Below are positions 36,580 through 50,195 of a DNA stretch of 63,857 nt, in pieces. This stretch comes from Gracilinanus agilis (lineage: Eukaryota): assembly GCF_016433145.1 (NCBI RefSeq), contig NC_058132.1:15567968-15631824 (forward strand), given 5' to 3'. The notes beneath the pieces are model-generated. The model ran no database searches and was not told the DNA's origin. It saw only the letters and a program-made list of their open reading frames with translations. The translations under genes were made by a program, and so were the position numbers. Position 1 is the first letter of the stretch. Every line of letters starts with the position of its first letter.

Positions 36580-39500
36580 TCCAAATGCTTGAGGGCACAG
36601 ACATTTCATTTTCATCTTTACGTGTATGGCACCTAGTAAATGGGATAGAAATTTCCAGGATGGCAGAATAAACTTTCAAAGTGAAGAAATAGGCACTGTA
36701 TTTTGTAGTCAGAGAATCTGAGTTCTAATACTAATTCAGTAACTTAATACTCATGAGACTTAGGGAAAACTTCATATCTGTGAGCCTTAGTTACCTCTAA
36801 ATGAGTGACTTACCCTCCAAGATCTCTTATGCTTCTGGATACTATGAATATATGATCTCTCAGGTCCCTTGAAATGCAAAGGTTTTAGGTTCACCTAACT
36901 GAGCAATCTGTAGCAAACCATCCTTTTCAATAATTAGGACTGGAGGGGCAGCTAGGTGGTTCAGTGGATAGAGATCCAGGTCTAGAGGCAGGAGGTCCTG
37001 AGTTCAAATCAGTCCTCAGAAACTTCCTGGGCAATTTGTTCCATTTCTCCCTGTCTTAATCAGATCACATCTGACTGGTGTTCTAGCGACCACATTTTGA
37101 GAAAGACATTGACAACCTCGAGACAATGCAAAGGAAGATGACTAAAGAGACTACGCGCCAAGATTTAAAGAAGTGTGAGACCTTTAGTTATATGGCCTCA
37201 GTTTAAATACTTTCTTTGACACGATGTCTGTGACCTTCAGAAAGCCGCTCCATCTCTCTGGTCCTCAGTTTCTCATATGTAGAAATCATAAGATTGAACT
37301 ACATTACTTATAAATTCCCTTCCAACTCTAAATTCTATGATTCTATCATCCTCATGATGAGATGGAGAGGAGAATTGAGCCAATATCATCCCAGAGTTTG
37401 TTAGAGGAACTGGACATATTTAATTAAGGAAATATTTAATTAATTTAATTAATAAAATTTAATTAATTTTCAAAATTAATTAAAATGATTTAATTAAGGT
37501 AAGATTTTTTTTTTGGTGACTGGGAGAGAAGGTGATGATATCTGTCTCTCAAGTCTCTGAAGGACTCTCATGAGCAAGGAAATTTATTTTGTTCTTCTTG
37601 GCCTCAGAAGCAGAGGCAGGAACAATGTGGGGAAGTTACAGAGAAGCAGATTTCAGATCAAAGAAGAGAACTAGTTATCTACAAAGGACCTCAAAGTTAA
37701 TGCTATGAAGGAAGTTAGGATTGAAGGTCAGGAAGACAAGTCAAATCTGGCCTCAGCCATTGATTAATTGTATTACCCTGGGCAAGTCATTGAACTTTTT
37801 TTGCCCATTTCCTCAAATGCAAAATGGGAATAATGAGAGCACTTACCTCCCTGGTTCCTGAGAAGATCAAATGTGATAATATCTGTAAAGTTCTGAGCAT
37901 GGTTCCTGGCACAAGGTTTGTTTGGGGGCAGCTGGTTACCTAATGCATAGAGAGCCATGCCTGGTGATGGGAAGTCCTGGGTTCAGATCCGGCCTCAGAC
38001 ACTTTCTGACTATGTGACCCTGAACAAGTGATTTGACCTCCAATGCCCAGCCTTTGCTGTTCTTCTGCTTTAGAACAAATACTTAGTATTGATTTGAAGG
38101 TGGAATACTTTGTATTGTTTTTTAAAAATGTCTGTTTGCTTCCCTCCTTTTACAGCTATCTAATTTTATTTTTACTATTCTGAAAAATAGATGCTAATAT
38201 CATTATTATTTTATAGTTGAAGAAATTGGGGGATGGGAGGTCATGGATTCAAATCTGACCTCAGACACATCCTAGCTGTGTGATCCTGGGCAAGTCACTT
38301 AACCTCCCTTGCCTAGCCCTTACTGCCTTGGAGCCATTACACGGTATTAATTCCAAGAAAGAAGGTAAGAGTTTTTTAAAAAGAGTTTTTTTTTTAAAAA
38401 AAGTTTAAAAAAAGAAATTGGGGCAAATGGAAGTTAAGAAATTTGCTCAAGGTCATACAATAGTAACTTTCTAAGGCTAGATTTGAACCCTAAATTCCAA
38501 GTCCAACACAAGAAAAAAAAAGTCTTAGTAATCAAGATTGTTTTAAAACAAAAGATACTGTCCTGTGCAATAGCAAGTTCCCCAATTCTCATCATTTTGA
38601 TATGTAGACTGAGAGACTACTCTTTGAGAATGTTTTACAGTTGATTCTTGTCCATCATAGTCTGATTCAAAGGGTAAAACTGCAGATAATTATAGAAGTT
38701 ATTACAGAAGCTGTGCTTGATGCCTGGCTCTTTTCCAGTTTGAGGATCATTCGCAGTGGCAGTGAACCTGCACAACTGTTCCGAGTATTCTGGGAGTGCT
38801 CAAACCATGTCATTGTTAAAGGACGGGAGATCCTTTTATTTCTGGCTGTCAGTCCTGCTCTGGACAGTGTCTAGGATTCTGTTAGACTTCATGGTCATAG
38901 GATTTTGGATCGATATTTTCAGTCACATCAGTAGCAGCTATCCATCCCCTTTCTTTGATTACAATTCAGCTCTCACATTTTGAAAATAATTAATATTTCT
39001 AGCTGTAAAAGGCTACCTGGATTCATTTTATTTGTTTTTCTTTTTGAGATGCTTATCTTCTATTTTTGAATTGCTATGGAGTGTTGGTTCCATGGCAGAA
39101 GAGCAGTAAAGGCTAGGCAATGGGGGTTAAGTGACTTTCCCACGGTCATACAGTTAAGTAGTGTTCCCTTAGTTGCCTCTACATGCAGACATTTTAATAT
39201 CCTCATTAACTAGTTAGGTACTATTTTTCCCTCTACAGACTACTTCGCCTTTTTTTCCCCTAGAAATTTCTCAAAGTATCACAAAATTAAATGGAAAGAA
39301 CTGAAGCATAGAGATCAAAATCCAATCCTTTCACTGTATAAATGAGGCAGCTAAGGCTCCAAAGGGAAATGACTTCCCCTAGGCTGAATAGCTACTGAAT
39401 GGCAGCAATAGGATTGAAACAGAGAACTCTTGCCTGAATTATGAGATGTCTCCTTTCACTTTTTGACAGCTCTTGTGCTGAGGAAGTTTTTTCCTATACC

Positions 39501-39699
39501 GAGACAGCATTTCTCTCCCTGAATCTTTCCTGATCCACAGCTGATTCTGGTTCTTTCTTATACAGCCAAGAAGAAAAGAAAATTTAATTCCTTAAAGAGA
39601 CATCAGTTGTCAGAAAAAAAAAATCAGAAGACTTGGCACTAACAATGGCTCTGCCCCTTGCTGAGCCAAACTTTTCTTTTCTATAAAATAAGAGCTATG

Positions 39700-40400
39700 A
39701 TTTTATATTTATTTATAATTTATAATCACATATAATTAATCATATAAATATGAATAATCATGTACTATATAACAAATGATATAAATATAATTATTTTATT
39801 AAAATTTAAAATATAATAATTCATTTATAATTTATGGCCACATATAATTAATTATATAATGTGTGATATAAATATAATTATTTTATTAAAAATCAAAAAT
39901 ATAATAGAATAATTTATTTACAATTTGTGATTATATATAATTAATTATATAATATATAATTAATTATATAATTAATAATTATATAAAATATAATTATTTT
40001 CTTTAAAAAGTAAAAATAAAATATAATTATTTATTTATTGTTTGTGACTGCATATCATTAATTATATAATATGTGATATAAAATATAATTATTTTATTAA
40101 AACTTTAAAAACATAATATAATTAGTTGTTTATGATTTGTGATTATATAATGAATTATGTAATATATGATATAAAATAGAATTATTTTATTTAAAATTAA
40201 AATAAAATATAATTATTTATTTATGATTTGTGGCTATATATAATAAGTTATATGATATATGATATAAAATATAATTATTTTATTTAAAATTAAAATAAAA
40301 TATAATTATTTATTTATGATTTGTGGCTATATATAATAAATTATATAATATATGATATAAAATATAATTATTGTATTTAAAAATTAAAAATAAAATAAAC
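39700..40400. repeat. AT-rich minisatellite, about 7 units of 91-118 bp
   Basis: An anchor of the ttatgatttgtg type recurs near 39715, 39828, 39920, 40038, 40130, 40221 and 40314; the last two units are nearly identical. Confidence 0.85.
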
Positions 40401-41049
40401 TAAGGACAATCTCACCTCCATTACCTACCTATTAGGGCAACCGACAGCAAACATTTTGGATACTTTAATGGGTTATGTAAATAGGGATTCCTATTGTTAT
40501 GAGGGAAGGTGGGAGGGGTAGAGGTAGCCTAATACAGTGGAAATTTCACTGGATTTGGAATCAGAGGACTTGGGTTCAAATTCAAGGTCTGCCACTTGGT
40601 ATCTTTATGATTTTAGGCAATTCCATCAATCTGCCTCTGTTTTCTCATCTGTAACATTAGGTTTGAACCTAATTATTTCTAAGTCCTCTTCTAGTTCTAA
40701 ATATATGGTCCTAAGACATAAAGGATAGCCTGCTGGCCTTGGAATCATGAAGTCCTAGATCCAAATCTCACTTCCCACATAGTCTATGGTAATGAGCAAA
40801 TCATTCAACCTCTCTAAAGCTCAGAATTTTTAGCTATAAAATGGAGATAATAATTCCAGGAGTAGACCTTTCACTAGGTTATTTTAAGGTTTAAATAAAG
40901 TAATGTAAATAAAAGATCTTCACAAGCCAGACAGTAGTTTGCCAAGCATATAATGAATTAGCATTATCATTTTGGAAAACAATATAATTATAGCAATAAA
41001 ATGGCCAAAATGTCTACATACTTTGACTCAGAGACTTCACCACTAGCCT

Positions 41050-41600
41050 TATACATCAAGGAGGTCAATGACAGAAAGAAGAGATCCATACACAGCAGAA
41101 GAGCTCTAGCAACACTTTTTGTGTTAGCAAAGAACTGATATGTAGTCATTACTTGATAAATGCTCGATGATTGTTTGGAAACGAAGTAGATGCCCATCCA
41201 TTGGGAGAATGGCTAAATAAAAATGGAATATCACACATATACATATAGACATACATATACATAGTATGTATATATGTACATATATGAAATGAGGAGCCTG
41301 ATAAGTCCAGAGAAACATGGAAAGGCTTACACAAACTCATGCATAGTGAAGTAACCAGAAACAAGGAGTCAATTCACAGAATGACCACAGCAATGGAAAT
41401 GGCAGTCACAACCACCTCAAAGGTGCCAAAAAATTAATATTGTAATAGTTTAAAGAATAAGATGACTCCAAAAGAGATATAATATGATGACTTTTCATAT
41501 TCTGATTCAAAGGGTAAAACACTGCAGATAATTATAGAAGTTATTTTAATGGGTTGATTGATTTTTCTAGTTTTTTTAAACTTCTTTCTTTTTTTAATTA
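41050..41600 (+). mobile_element. Old L1 3' remnant
   Basis: agatgcccatccattgggagaatggctaaataaa...atgcatagtgaagtaaccagaaacaagg, typical of the L1 ORF2 end and 3'UTR. Confidence 0.65.
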
Positions 41601-43899
41601 AAAAAAGTTTTATTTTAGGAATGGCCAACTGGGAAGCAGAAAGAGAAGGATATTTTACATCCCTGAATATGTGTTATATCCACTGAAATATCATATCTAT
41701 CTTCAGAAATATAAGTGATACAAAATCAAAATAAATCATTAAAAATCTATTTTTAAAAACAATATGTAAATTTGTTATTTGTACTCTTTTCCAACTAAGT
41801 CACCTACATCTCTTAGGACCAGATTATCCTACATATTTGTATATTTGATATAGAAGCCCCGGATATTCTGGGCACCCAAAAGGTACTCAGTAAATATGTG
41901 TTCATTACTTGATTTCCAAGACATTTTGATGCCCCTGGCCCTTATGTTTCTTATGGAGTGGAGGAGTTTTTGCATTCACAGAAGCTGTGATCTCAAAATC
42001 ACTGTAACTTGAATCACAGACTACAGAATTGAAATATGTCTTAATGATTGACTAGCTCAAAACCTTCCCTACCCATTCTAAAGAAGAGTAAACTGAGATT
42101 TAGAGAATGTAGGTAACAAAAGCATAGAGCTCTAAGGTTCCTCAGACCACCAATCCGACCTATATCTGAATGCTGTCCTTATAAAATGCTTGACAAGGAA
42201 TCATATAGTTTATGTTTAAGAACCTTCTCTCTCTCCTGTATCTTCCCTAAGCAGTCCATTTTACTTTGGGGCATCTTTAATTCTTTAAAAGTTTGGGGTT
42301 ATTTTTTTTCCTTGAAGGAGATAGAAATAAATTTTAGCTGGAGAAAATGAATAAATTTATAGATGTAATGGCAGTGGAAATGCCTAGATAAAATAAATTC
42401 TCTGGAGTTTTGTCCCATTGGATGACTCGATGACTTCAACCCCTAGAAATTCTCATGTGTCATTTTTTTCTCCATCGATGGATTGTTTCATGCTGAGTTC
42501 TCCTTAAAATAACGATGACTTTAGCCATTAAACTAAATGACTAATGAAATAACTTTAAAATACTTCACATTTCTATGAGTTTTATCCAGCCCACACCTCA
42601 CAAGAATGTCATGGGGTAGGTAGAGTAGAAGTAAGTTATTTCCATTTCACTGATGAAGAAAGCTGAAGCTCAGACAAATTAAGTAGCTTACACGTGGTCA
42701 CATCTGATAACTGTGAGAATTTGAACTAGGATGGAGTCTTTTAACTTTAAGGATTTAAGTCTAGGACAAGTCTTCTTTCCACCATCCAATGTTGCTTTCT
42801 GGTAGAGTCAGAGAGATTTTCTCAAGACCAAAGAGAAGGGTGATCATAAAGACAAATATCTGAAGTGTTAGATGAGCAATCTGCCTATTTCATCTCCCTA
42901 AAAAATGGCTCACAAACCATATTCCTATAGGCTTTTCTTACAGAAACTCTATGAGACAAGTCATCTAGGTCAATTTTCTAGAGGGGGAAAGGAGGCTTAA
43001 GGTTAAGGTTAAGTGATTACCCATGGCTATGAAGTTATTGAGTCAGACCTGGGACCAAATCCAAGTCTCTTGAGTTTTTGTTCAGTGTCCTTTATGCATA
43101 TAGATTGAACAGAAATGTTTAGTTCTAATTCTGACCCAACCCAAGAAAAAAAGCTCCTGACCTACCTCTAGATCTAGCTGTTTTCTGGATTTCTTTCCTG
43201 AGTGCACAAAAGGATGAGATTTCAACCTTTGGCTATGGCTACTGGGACTGAAATCCAGGGAGCTATCCCAGAGGACTCAGCCAACAAAGAAACTAAGCTC
43301 ATTACTATCCTCTCCTATGGGTTCCCAAGTAAAGATGGGGAAGGGAGCTGGGCATCTAAGGCCTTTTTTAATTTCTGCTCAAACTCCAACCTTCATCTTA
43401 TATCATAGAAAATGTCAGGCATTATGCTAAGTGCTATATACACAAAAAAATCAGTCCATAACTTCTAGGAACATATATACATGCTAATAGACATGCTTCA
43501 CAACATATAACATAGAATATTAAATATGGTTTTACCTTCAGAGATCAATGATCTTATTAATGCCAATGTTGCCTCCAATGATGCAGGTAGCAAGCTCTTT
43601 GTGTTAAGTCATAGTGAGTCCCTGAATCCCCAATAATAACTCATTTGTGTTGACCAATTTTGTCAACCTTATTCCCCATTTACACTGTTAAATTACAAAA
43701 TTAGTCCTAAAACCCATTTTTGACTCTAATTACAATGATCTGTCCTTTGCATAGAACCAGAGTATCTCAGAGTTAGAAAAGACCTTGGAGGATAAGTAGA
43801 CCAATATGTACTTAGAATAGAATCTCCTCTACAACAACACTGACAATTGGTCATTTCAATTTTGCTTGAGGATTTCTAGTGATAGATAACTCACCACCT

Positions 43900-44290
43900 G
43901 CCAAGGAAGTCATTGCACTTTGACGTAGCTCTCTCATATCATGAGGAAGGCTTTCTTTATGTGAAGCTAAATCTGACTATGTAATTTGCACTCATTGCTC
44001 CTATTTCTGATCTTTTGGGCCATGTAGGATAAACCATACCCCTGGTTCACTTAATGGTCCTTTAAAAACTTGAGAAGAGTCATTATGTCCCTCCTTCAAG
44101 CTTCTGCTCTCTAGGCTATCCATCTCTGGTTCATCCTCATATGACGTGATCTCAAGGCCCATCACTATTGGGACCCACTTTTTTTGGATGCTCTCCATTC
44201 CATGCTTATAATAGTGTACAGTGCTCTTCCTAAAGAGTATTTACAAGAACTGAGCACCATCAAATGTTGTCCAGCTAGAACGGAGGAAGA
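43900..44290 (-). mobile_element. CR1/L3 3' remnant
   Basis: Minus-strand peptide MESIQKK..VMGLEITSYED..LESRSLKEG..FKG resembles the CR1 C-terminal LERVQRRATKM..GLE..YEE..LEKRRLRG. Confidence 0.65.
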
Positions 44291-44312
44291 TGGGACTGTC
44301 ACAAAGACTTTT

Positions 44313-44583
44313 TTTTAAATTTGGAAATTTTTATTTAATTAATTTAGAATATTTTTCCATGGTTACATGATTCATGTTCTTTCCCTCTTTTCCTCCCATA
44401 GCCAATGCCACATTCCATTGGGTTTTACATGTATTATTAATCAAGACCTATTTCCATATTATTGATATTTGCACTAGGGTGCTCGATTAGAGTCTGCATC
44501 CCCAATCATATCTTCATCGAACCATGTGATCAAGCAGTTGTTTTTCTTCTGTGTTTCTACTCCCACAGTTCTTCCTCTGAATG
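44313..44583 (-). mobile_element. 5'-truncated L1 3' end with 16-bp TSD
   Basis: Same 3'UTR type as 26715..27125; TSD tgtcacaaagactttt at 44297-44312 and 44584-44599. Confidence 0.88.
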
Positions 44584-45199
44584 TGTCACAAAGACTTTTG
44601 ATCTCTTAGTGTTGTATAAGACACATTAACTTTCTTGGCTTTCTAGTTGACTTCTAAAGAGTTTGGAGTCCATTAAAACACTCAATTCTTTAATGGACAG
44701 ACTTTTGCTTAATGACATACACTTTTTCCCTAATTAGCTCATTTTTTAACCTAAGTGAAGCAATCTACATTTTTGTATGAATTGTCATCATATTAGTTGT
44801 TCCTCAATGTTGTGAGTTATGAAGTTCTCTCTCCTGTCATTTTAGCAACCTACATCCCAACCTAGTCCTGTCTGAAATTTTGGTCGTCATGTCATCTTTT
44901 CCGTTATCTACATTTTTATAAAAATAACAGAAAGATACTTTGATTTGTAGTCAGAGGACTTGGGTGTGAATTCGAGCTCTGACTCTTTCTACTTTTGTCC
45001 AGTGATTAAAGGTCTTAGGGCTTCAATTTACCCATGAAAATGAAAGCCCTGACTAACATGATCTCTAAAACCCTTTCAGTTTTAAAATGATCATATGTTT
45101 AAATTATAGAGAAAAGGACATATTCGTATTGCACTCTACTAGAAATCGCCTTCCTACCTGGCACTGTCCCTCTAAGAATTCATGGGGGAGAAGGGGGAG

Positions 45200-45405
45200 G
45201 GTTAGCTAGGTGGTTTCAATGGATTGAGAGCCAGGCCTAGAGACAGGACCTGGTCCTGGGTTCATATATGGACTCAGACACTGCCTAGCTGTGTGACCCT
45301 GGGCAATTCACTTAACCCCATTGCCTAGCTTTTACCACTCTTCTGCCTTTAAATCAATACTTATTGATTCTAAGACAAGGTAAGGGTTTAATTTTTTAAA
45401 AAAGA
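45200..45405 (+). mobile_element. SINE1_Mdo-type SINE
   Basis: gctaggtggtttcaatggattgagagccaggcctagagac...gtgtgaccctgggc...ccactcttctgcc...taagggttt. Confidence 0.85.
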
Positions 45406-46002
45406 ATTCTCATACATATAAAGGGTTTTTGGAGAGAGGAAGAGGCACAAATTTATTTTCTTAAAGCTTAAATCCTTTCACTAATGTCTTCCCCTTATGC
45501 CTAAATGTAATACAGAGTCTGATTTCTCATAAACTTTGGCAATAAAGCAGGTCTGTTTTGTCTTTCTATTCAAATGACCATTTTTTTATGTTATGTTTTT
45601 GACCTGCTTCTGCTAATCTCCTGACAGAACTCCACAAGCTCCAGTGGAGTTCATAAAATTTGTCCTCTTTTGTCATTTACTCCCATAACCAGTCTTGTGA
45701 TCTTGTTCTTTATTATTACAGCTATTGGATAGATTTCTTTCTTTCTCTTTTTTAAGGTTTATTTATTTTGATTTTTTAAATTATTTTGGTTTATGATTGT
45801 GATAGAAAACTACTGCACTATAAAAAATGATGAGCAGGCTAATTTTTAAAAGCAACTTTGAAAGAACTACATGGGATAATTAACAGCAAAATGAGTGGAA
45901 GCAAAAGAAAATTATACATAGTTAAAGATTGAATCCTTGAAGATTAACTTGTAAACGTCACCTCAGGGAATTAACCGAAAATTGGAAACATAAAAGATGT
46001 TT

Positions 46003-46041
<39 letters not shown>

Positions 46042-46169
46042 GTACACACACACATACACACATACACACATACATATATTACATATATATGCTTCTCAGA
46101 TGATGGCTCCTATGATATGGGGAGAGAAGGAAGGGGTTGCGAAATTTGTAAATAAACTATTAATAAAAA

Positions 46170-47170
46170 TCAACCAATCAATATTATTTCCAAATACATG
46201 TAAAAACTATTTTAACATTTTTTAAGTTCCAAAATCTCTCCCTCTCTCCCTCCCTCTCCTCCCCTCTCATTCAGAAGACAAACTATTTAATTAGGTTATA
46301 CATATGCAGACATGCAAAACATATTTACATATTAGTCATTAATGTAAAAAAAAGAGACCAAAAATAAAAAGAAACCAAGAAAAAAAAGGATTTTTCAAAA
46401 AAAATGTGTGCTTCAACAGATTTCATCAATTATTTCTCTGGAGGTGAATAGCATTTTTCATCATAAATCCCTCTGAATTGCCTTGCATCATCATATTGCT
46501 TAGAATATTTGATTCATTCACAATTGGTCATTGTATAATATTGCTATTACAATGTTCTCCTGGTTCTGCTCATTTCACTTTCTATCAGTTCATGTAAATC
46601 TTTCCAGGTTTTTTCTGAAAGAATCGTGCTTGTCATTTCTTATAGCACAATAATATTCTATTGTTAAAGGGATTTTCTGAAGCTCTACCTCTATCTCTTT
46701 AAGAGGCAGGGAAGAAAGCAGAAGGATTTCTAAGTAGAAGAGAGCTGACAGGCTACTGTGAGAGTTAGCCAGAACTGAAGAATCTGTTACCTAGGAGACA
46801 AGACATAGAAGAGAGAAATCAGTTGGCAGTTGAGGGGCTTTTACCTCTGGACCTGTAGGGAGCAGGAGGTTGGTCTGGGTCTCTCAGTCAAGAGCCACTA
46901 CTGTCACTATCTTAGTTATATACAAATACTTGTTTATCTATTTTGATGAGCATCCCTTCAATTTCTGATTCTTTGCCATTAAAAAAAAAAAAACTTCTAT
47001 CGATATTTTTTGATACAAAAGCATCCTTTCCTGCCCCCTTTTTTAAAATCTCTTTGAAATACAGACCTAATAGTGGTATTGTTGAATCAAAGAGTATGCA
47101 TGATTTTATAGCCCTTTGGGCATAATTCCAAACGTGTGATGGATTTTTAATAATGCAACTTCTTATTTTT
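46170..47170 (-). mobile_element. L1 ORF2 C-terminus and 3'UTR, interrupted by an LTR
   Basis: Minus-strand peptide WNYAQRAIKSCILFDSTIPLLGLYFKEI is the L1 ORF2 C-terminal motif. Confidence 0.85.
46662..46906. mobile_element. 245-bp solo-LTR-like insertion with 4-bp TSD
   Basis: TGttaaag...ctgtCA flanked by ctat at 46658-46661 and 46907-46910; L1 sequence resumes on both sides. Confidence 0.7.
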
Positions 47171-47735
47171 TTGGTAACAAAGGCCAAATATCAGTATTAT
47201 GAGAAGCTACTGTTAGAAAAAGAGTTTGTTTTTATTTCTAGGTGGAATAAGTAGTTCAAGGGTTCTCTGTGATATGACCCAAATGACAATGACATCAGCC
47301 CCCTCTCTCCTGCCATATTCACCTCTCTCACACCACTCCACCAAGTTCTGCTAGTGAGAAGGGAAGGCTGGCTATGAGTTACTCAACATCAAAGAAAAGA
47401 CATATAAGCTCCTAGCATTTACTAGGCACTATGTAGATTATAGGATTATGAAGGCAAATATTAAAGTTTTTGCCCTCAAGCAGTCTATGTTCAGCTAGTG
47501 AGACATATCACGCAATTTGCAATTAAAGATAGAGATCAGGACTAGATCTGTGATCACTGGCACAGAGAATTCTCAAGGAAGGAAACTCTTTCTATTAACA
47601 CAGTTCACCATCTTCTCTACAACTTAAAATCTTAGAGAATGGCCCAGAGAAATGAGAGGCCAAGTGATACATGCAGGTTCACATAGCCAGATAGCAGAGG
47701 TGGGATTTGAATAAAGATATTCCTGGATGCATAGC

Positions 47736-48777
47736 TGTTATCAAGAAAAGTAGGTGATCTTAGGATCTTTAGGTTAAAGGAAGGAATAAAGGTGAGATAG
47801 GTATTAGGAAGAGGAATGAAAGGGATAACTAAGTGTAGGGAGGAATGGACAAGGTGGTATTTGGGTGGTAAGGGTACAGGTGAGGTATTCAGGCGTGGCA
47901 GCTAACACAGACAAGACACTCAGGCTAGAGACAGAGGACAGTGAGGGGAAATAGACTGAACCCTTCCAGGCAGGAAAGGTACTTCTACAGACACAAGGAA
48001 TAGGGCCAGTCAGAAGTGGTTTAAATCTGACTTGAGGCCTTTCTTGTCAGTTTCTCAAGTCCTCAAAGGAGGAGTCGCAAGGCTCCTCCCTGTCAGTGAA
48101 ACTGAAGGGATTCAGGAGGAAGTGTCAAGCAACTACTTCCTCCCAAGATGGATGCCTCCAGTTCCCTCAGGAAATAAAGAGAATAATTCCTTTCCCTTCA
48201 ACCCTTGGCTAAATCTTCAACACAATGATTCACTAAAGGGTTTGATTAGGTAACAAGGGGATTTATTAATGTTCAGGGTTAGTCAGAGGGAGAGAAGGGT
48301 TTGGGGTTTCTGACAGCCGCTAGGGAGAAACTCAAGATGGGGGAGGGTCACAGGAATGGGTTAGACTGAGAGAGAACCTGCTCTCTCAGCCAGGGAAAAT
48401 TTGGCTGCTTTTAAAGTAGAGGATATACTAAATCAATGAAGTAAGGGATAGTTTGATTCAAGGATGTTCTACTTGCCTATGGGGAAATTAAACTCACAAA
48501 GTCACTAAAAACCCAAAAGCCACCCTTCCTCCCAGAGCCCACAGGAAAACAGGAAAGGAAATGTGGAAATAGTATGGAGGTCAGGGAGAGGTCCAGAGAC
48601 AAGACACAGGCCAAAAGCAAAGCCAAAAGCCAAAGGCAGAGCTCCAGTTGGTCCTTCTGCTCTCTTCAAGCCTCTAGAACCAACTGACAGCTCTCAGGAT
48701 TCTAAAGCATCTAACTGCCAGAAGTTTTCAGTTAACTTTTTCAAGGGAAAAAGCCTTTATTGCATCTTTGCATTACA
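47736..48777 (-). mobile_element. Long solo LTR-like element
   Basis: Minus strand TGtaatg...gataaCA, with a TTTAAAA TATA-like motif near 48410 and AATAAA at 48267-48262. TSD does not match. Confidence 0.5.
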
Positions 48778-49079
48778 GACCTTAATATGAGTTAAATTAA
48801 TTTTAGTGTTTCTCTTATATCAGCTGAAAACATAGACTGATAAGTGGTTTTCCATTTCCTTCTCCAGCTCATTTTATAAATGAGGAACTTTGGCAAACAG
48901 GGTTAAGTGTTTTAACCAAGGTCACATAGCTAAGAAGTATATAAGGCTTGAACTTATGAAGATGAATCGTCCTTAATTTATGCCAGTCATAAAAAGGCAT
49001 AATATTAAGACAACTGTCAGAATAATTCACCATATCAAAAACAAAGGCAACAAAAATAATTTAATCACTGAAATAACTC

Positions 49080-49870
49080 TGAGTTACTACCCCACACCTA
49101 TCATGTTGGCTAATATGATAGAAAAAAAAAATAAATGTTGGAGGGAATGTGGAAAAATTGGGATGCTAATACATTGTGGATGGAGTTGTGAACTGATTCA
49201 ACCATTCTGGAAAATGTGCCCAAAGGACTATAAAACTGCACATACCCTTTGCCCTGAAATATCACTAGTAGGTCTCTACCTCAAAGAGATCAAAGAAAAA
49301 GAGAAAATGATCTATATATACAGAAATATTTATAACGGCTCTTTTAGTCATGACAAAGAATTGGATATTAAAGAGATATCAATCCATTGGGGAATGGCTG
49401 AACAAACTGTGGTGTATGATTGTGATGGAATACTAGTGTGCAATAAGAAATGATGAGCAGGGGCAGCTGGGTAGCTCAGTGGATTGAGAACCAGGCCTAG
49501 AGACAGGAGGTCTTAGGTTCAAATCCAGCCTCAGACACTTCCCCACTGTGTGACCCTGGGCAAGTCATTTGACCCCCATTGCCCACCCTTACCACTCTTC
49601 CACCAAGGAGCCAATACACAGAAGTTAAGGGTTAAAAAAAAAGAAATGATGAGCAGGATGCTTTCAGAAAAATCTGAGATGTACATGAACTGATTCAGAG
49701 TGAAGTGAGCAGAAGTAGAACATTCTACATGCTAATAGCAATACTTCATGATGTTTGAGTATGAATGATTATTATTCTCAACAATACAATGATCTAAGAT
49801 GATTCAAAAGGACTTCTGGTGAAAAATGCTACCCATCTCCAGAGAAAAAGCTGATGGAATCTAGATGCAT
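49080..49870 (+). mobile_element. L1 ORF2 C-terminus and 3' region, interrupted by a SINE
   Basis: KCWRECGKIGMLIHC...LVGLYLKEIKEK. Confidence 0.85.
49462..49640 (+). mobile_element. Young SINE1_Mdo-type SINE with 16-17-bp TSD, nested in L1
   Basis: TSD aagaaatgatgagcagg at 49445-49461 and 49641-49657. Confidence 0.92.
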
Positions 49871-49969
49871 ATAGAAGAATACTTTTTAAAAAAATTTTAT
49901 TATTCTTGGGGAGACACGGAGTTGGTCTGTTTTCTTTTCAACGTGGCTAATATGGATATGTTTATCACA

Positions 49970-50195
49970 TGGGTCAATGGGGATATGATTGGGGATGTAG
50001 ACTCTAAGCAATTATCCTAATGCAAATATTAATAATATAGAAATAGGTCTTGATCAATGACACGTGAAAACACAGTGGAATTTCTCATTGGCTATGGAAG
50101 GGGGAAGGGAAGAGGGGAGGGCAAAATATGAATCATGTAACCATGGGAAAATATTCTAAATGAATTAATTAAATAAAAATTTTCTAATTAAAAAT
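49970..50195 (+). mobile_element. Short L1 3' end
   Basis: Same 3'UTR as 44313..44583 but on the plus strand (ggtcttgatcaatgacac...aatcatgtaaccatgg...A-rich tail). Confidence 0.75.

Noticed and set aside
42067-42422. ATGG|GTAGGG plus an O/E-like site as a possible exon 1 for the second OR10 gene
   Set aside because: Weak donor inside a MIR3-like remnant, and no collinear homology to the 3670-4020 region.
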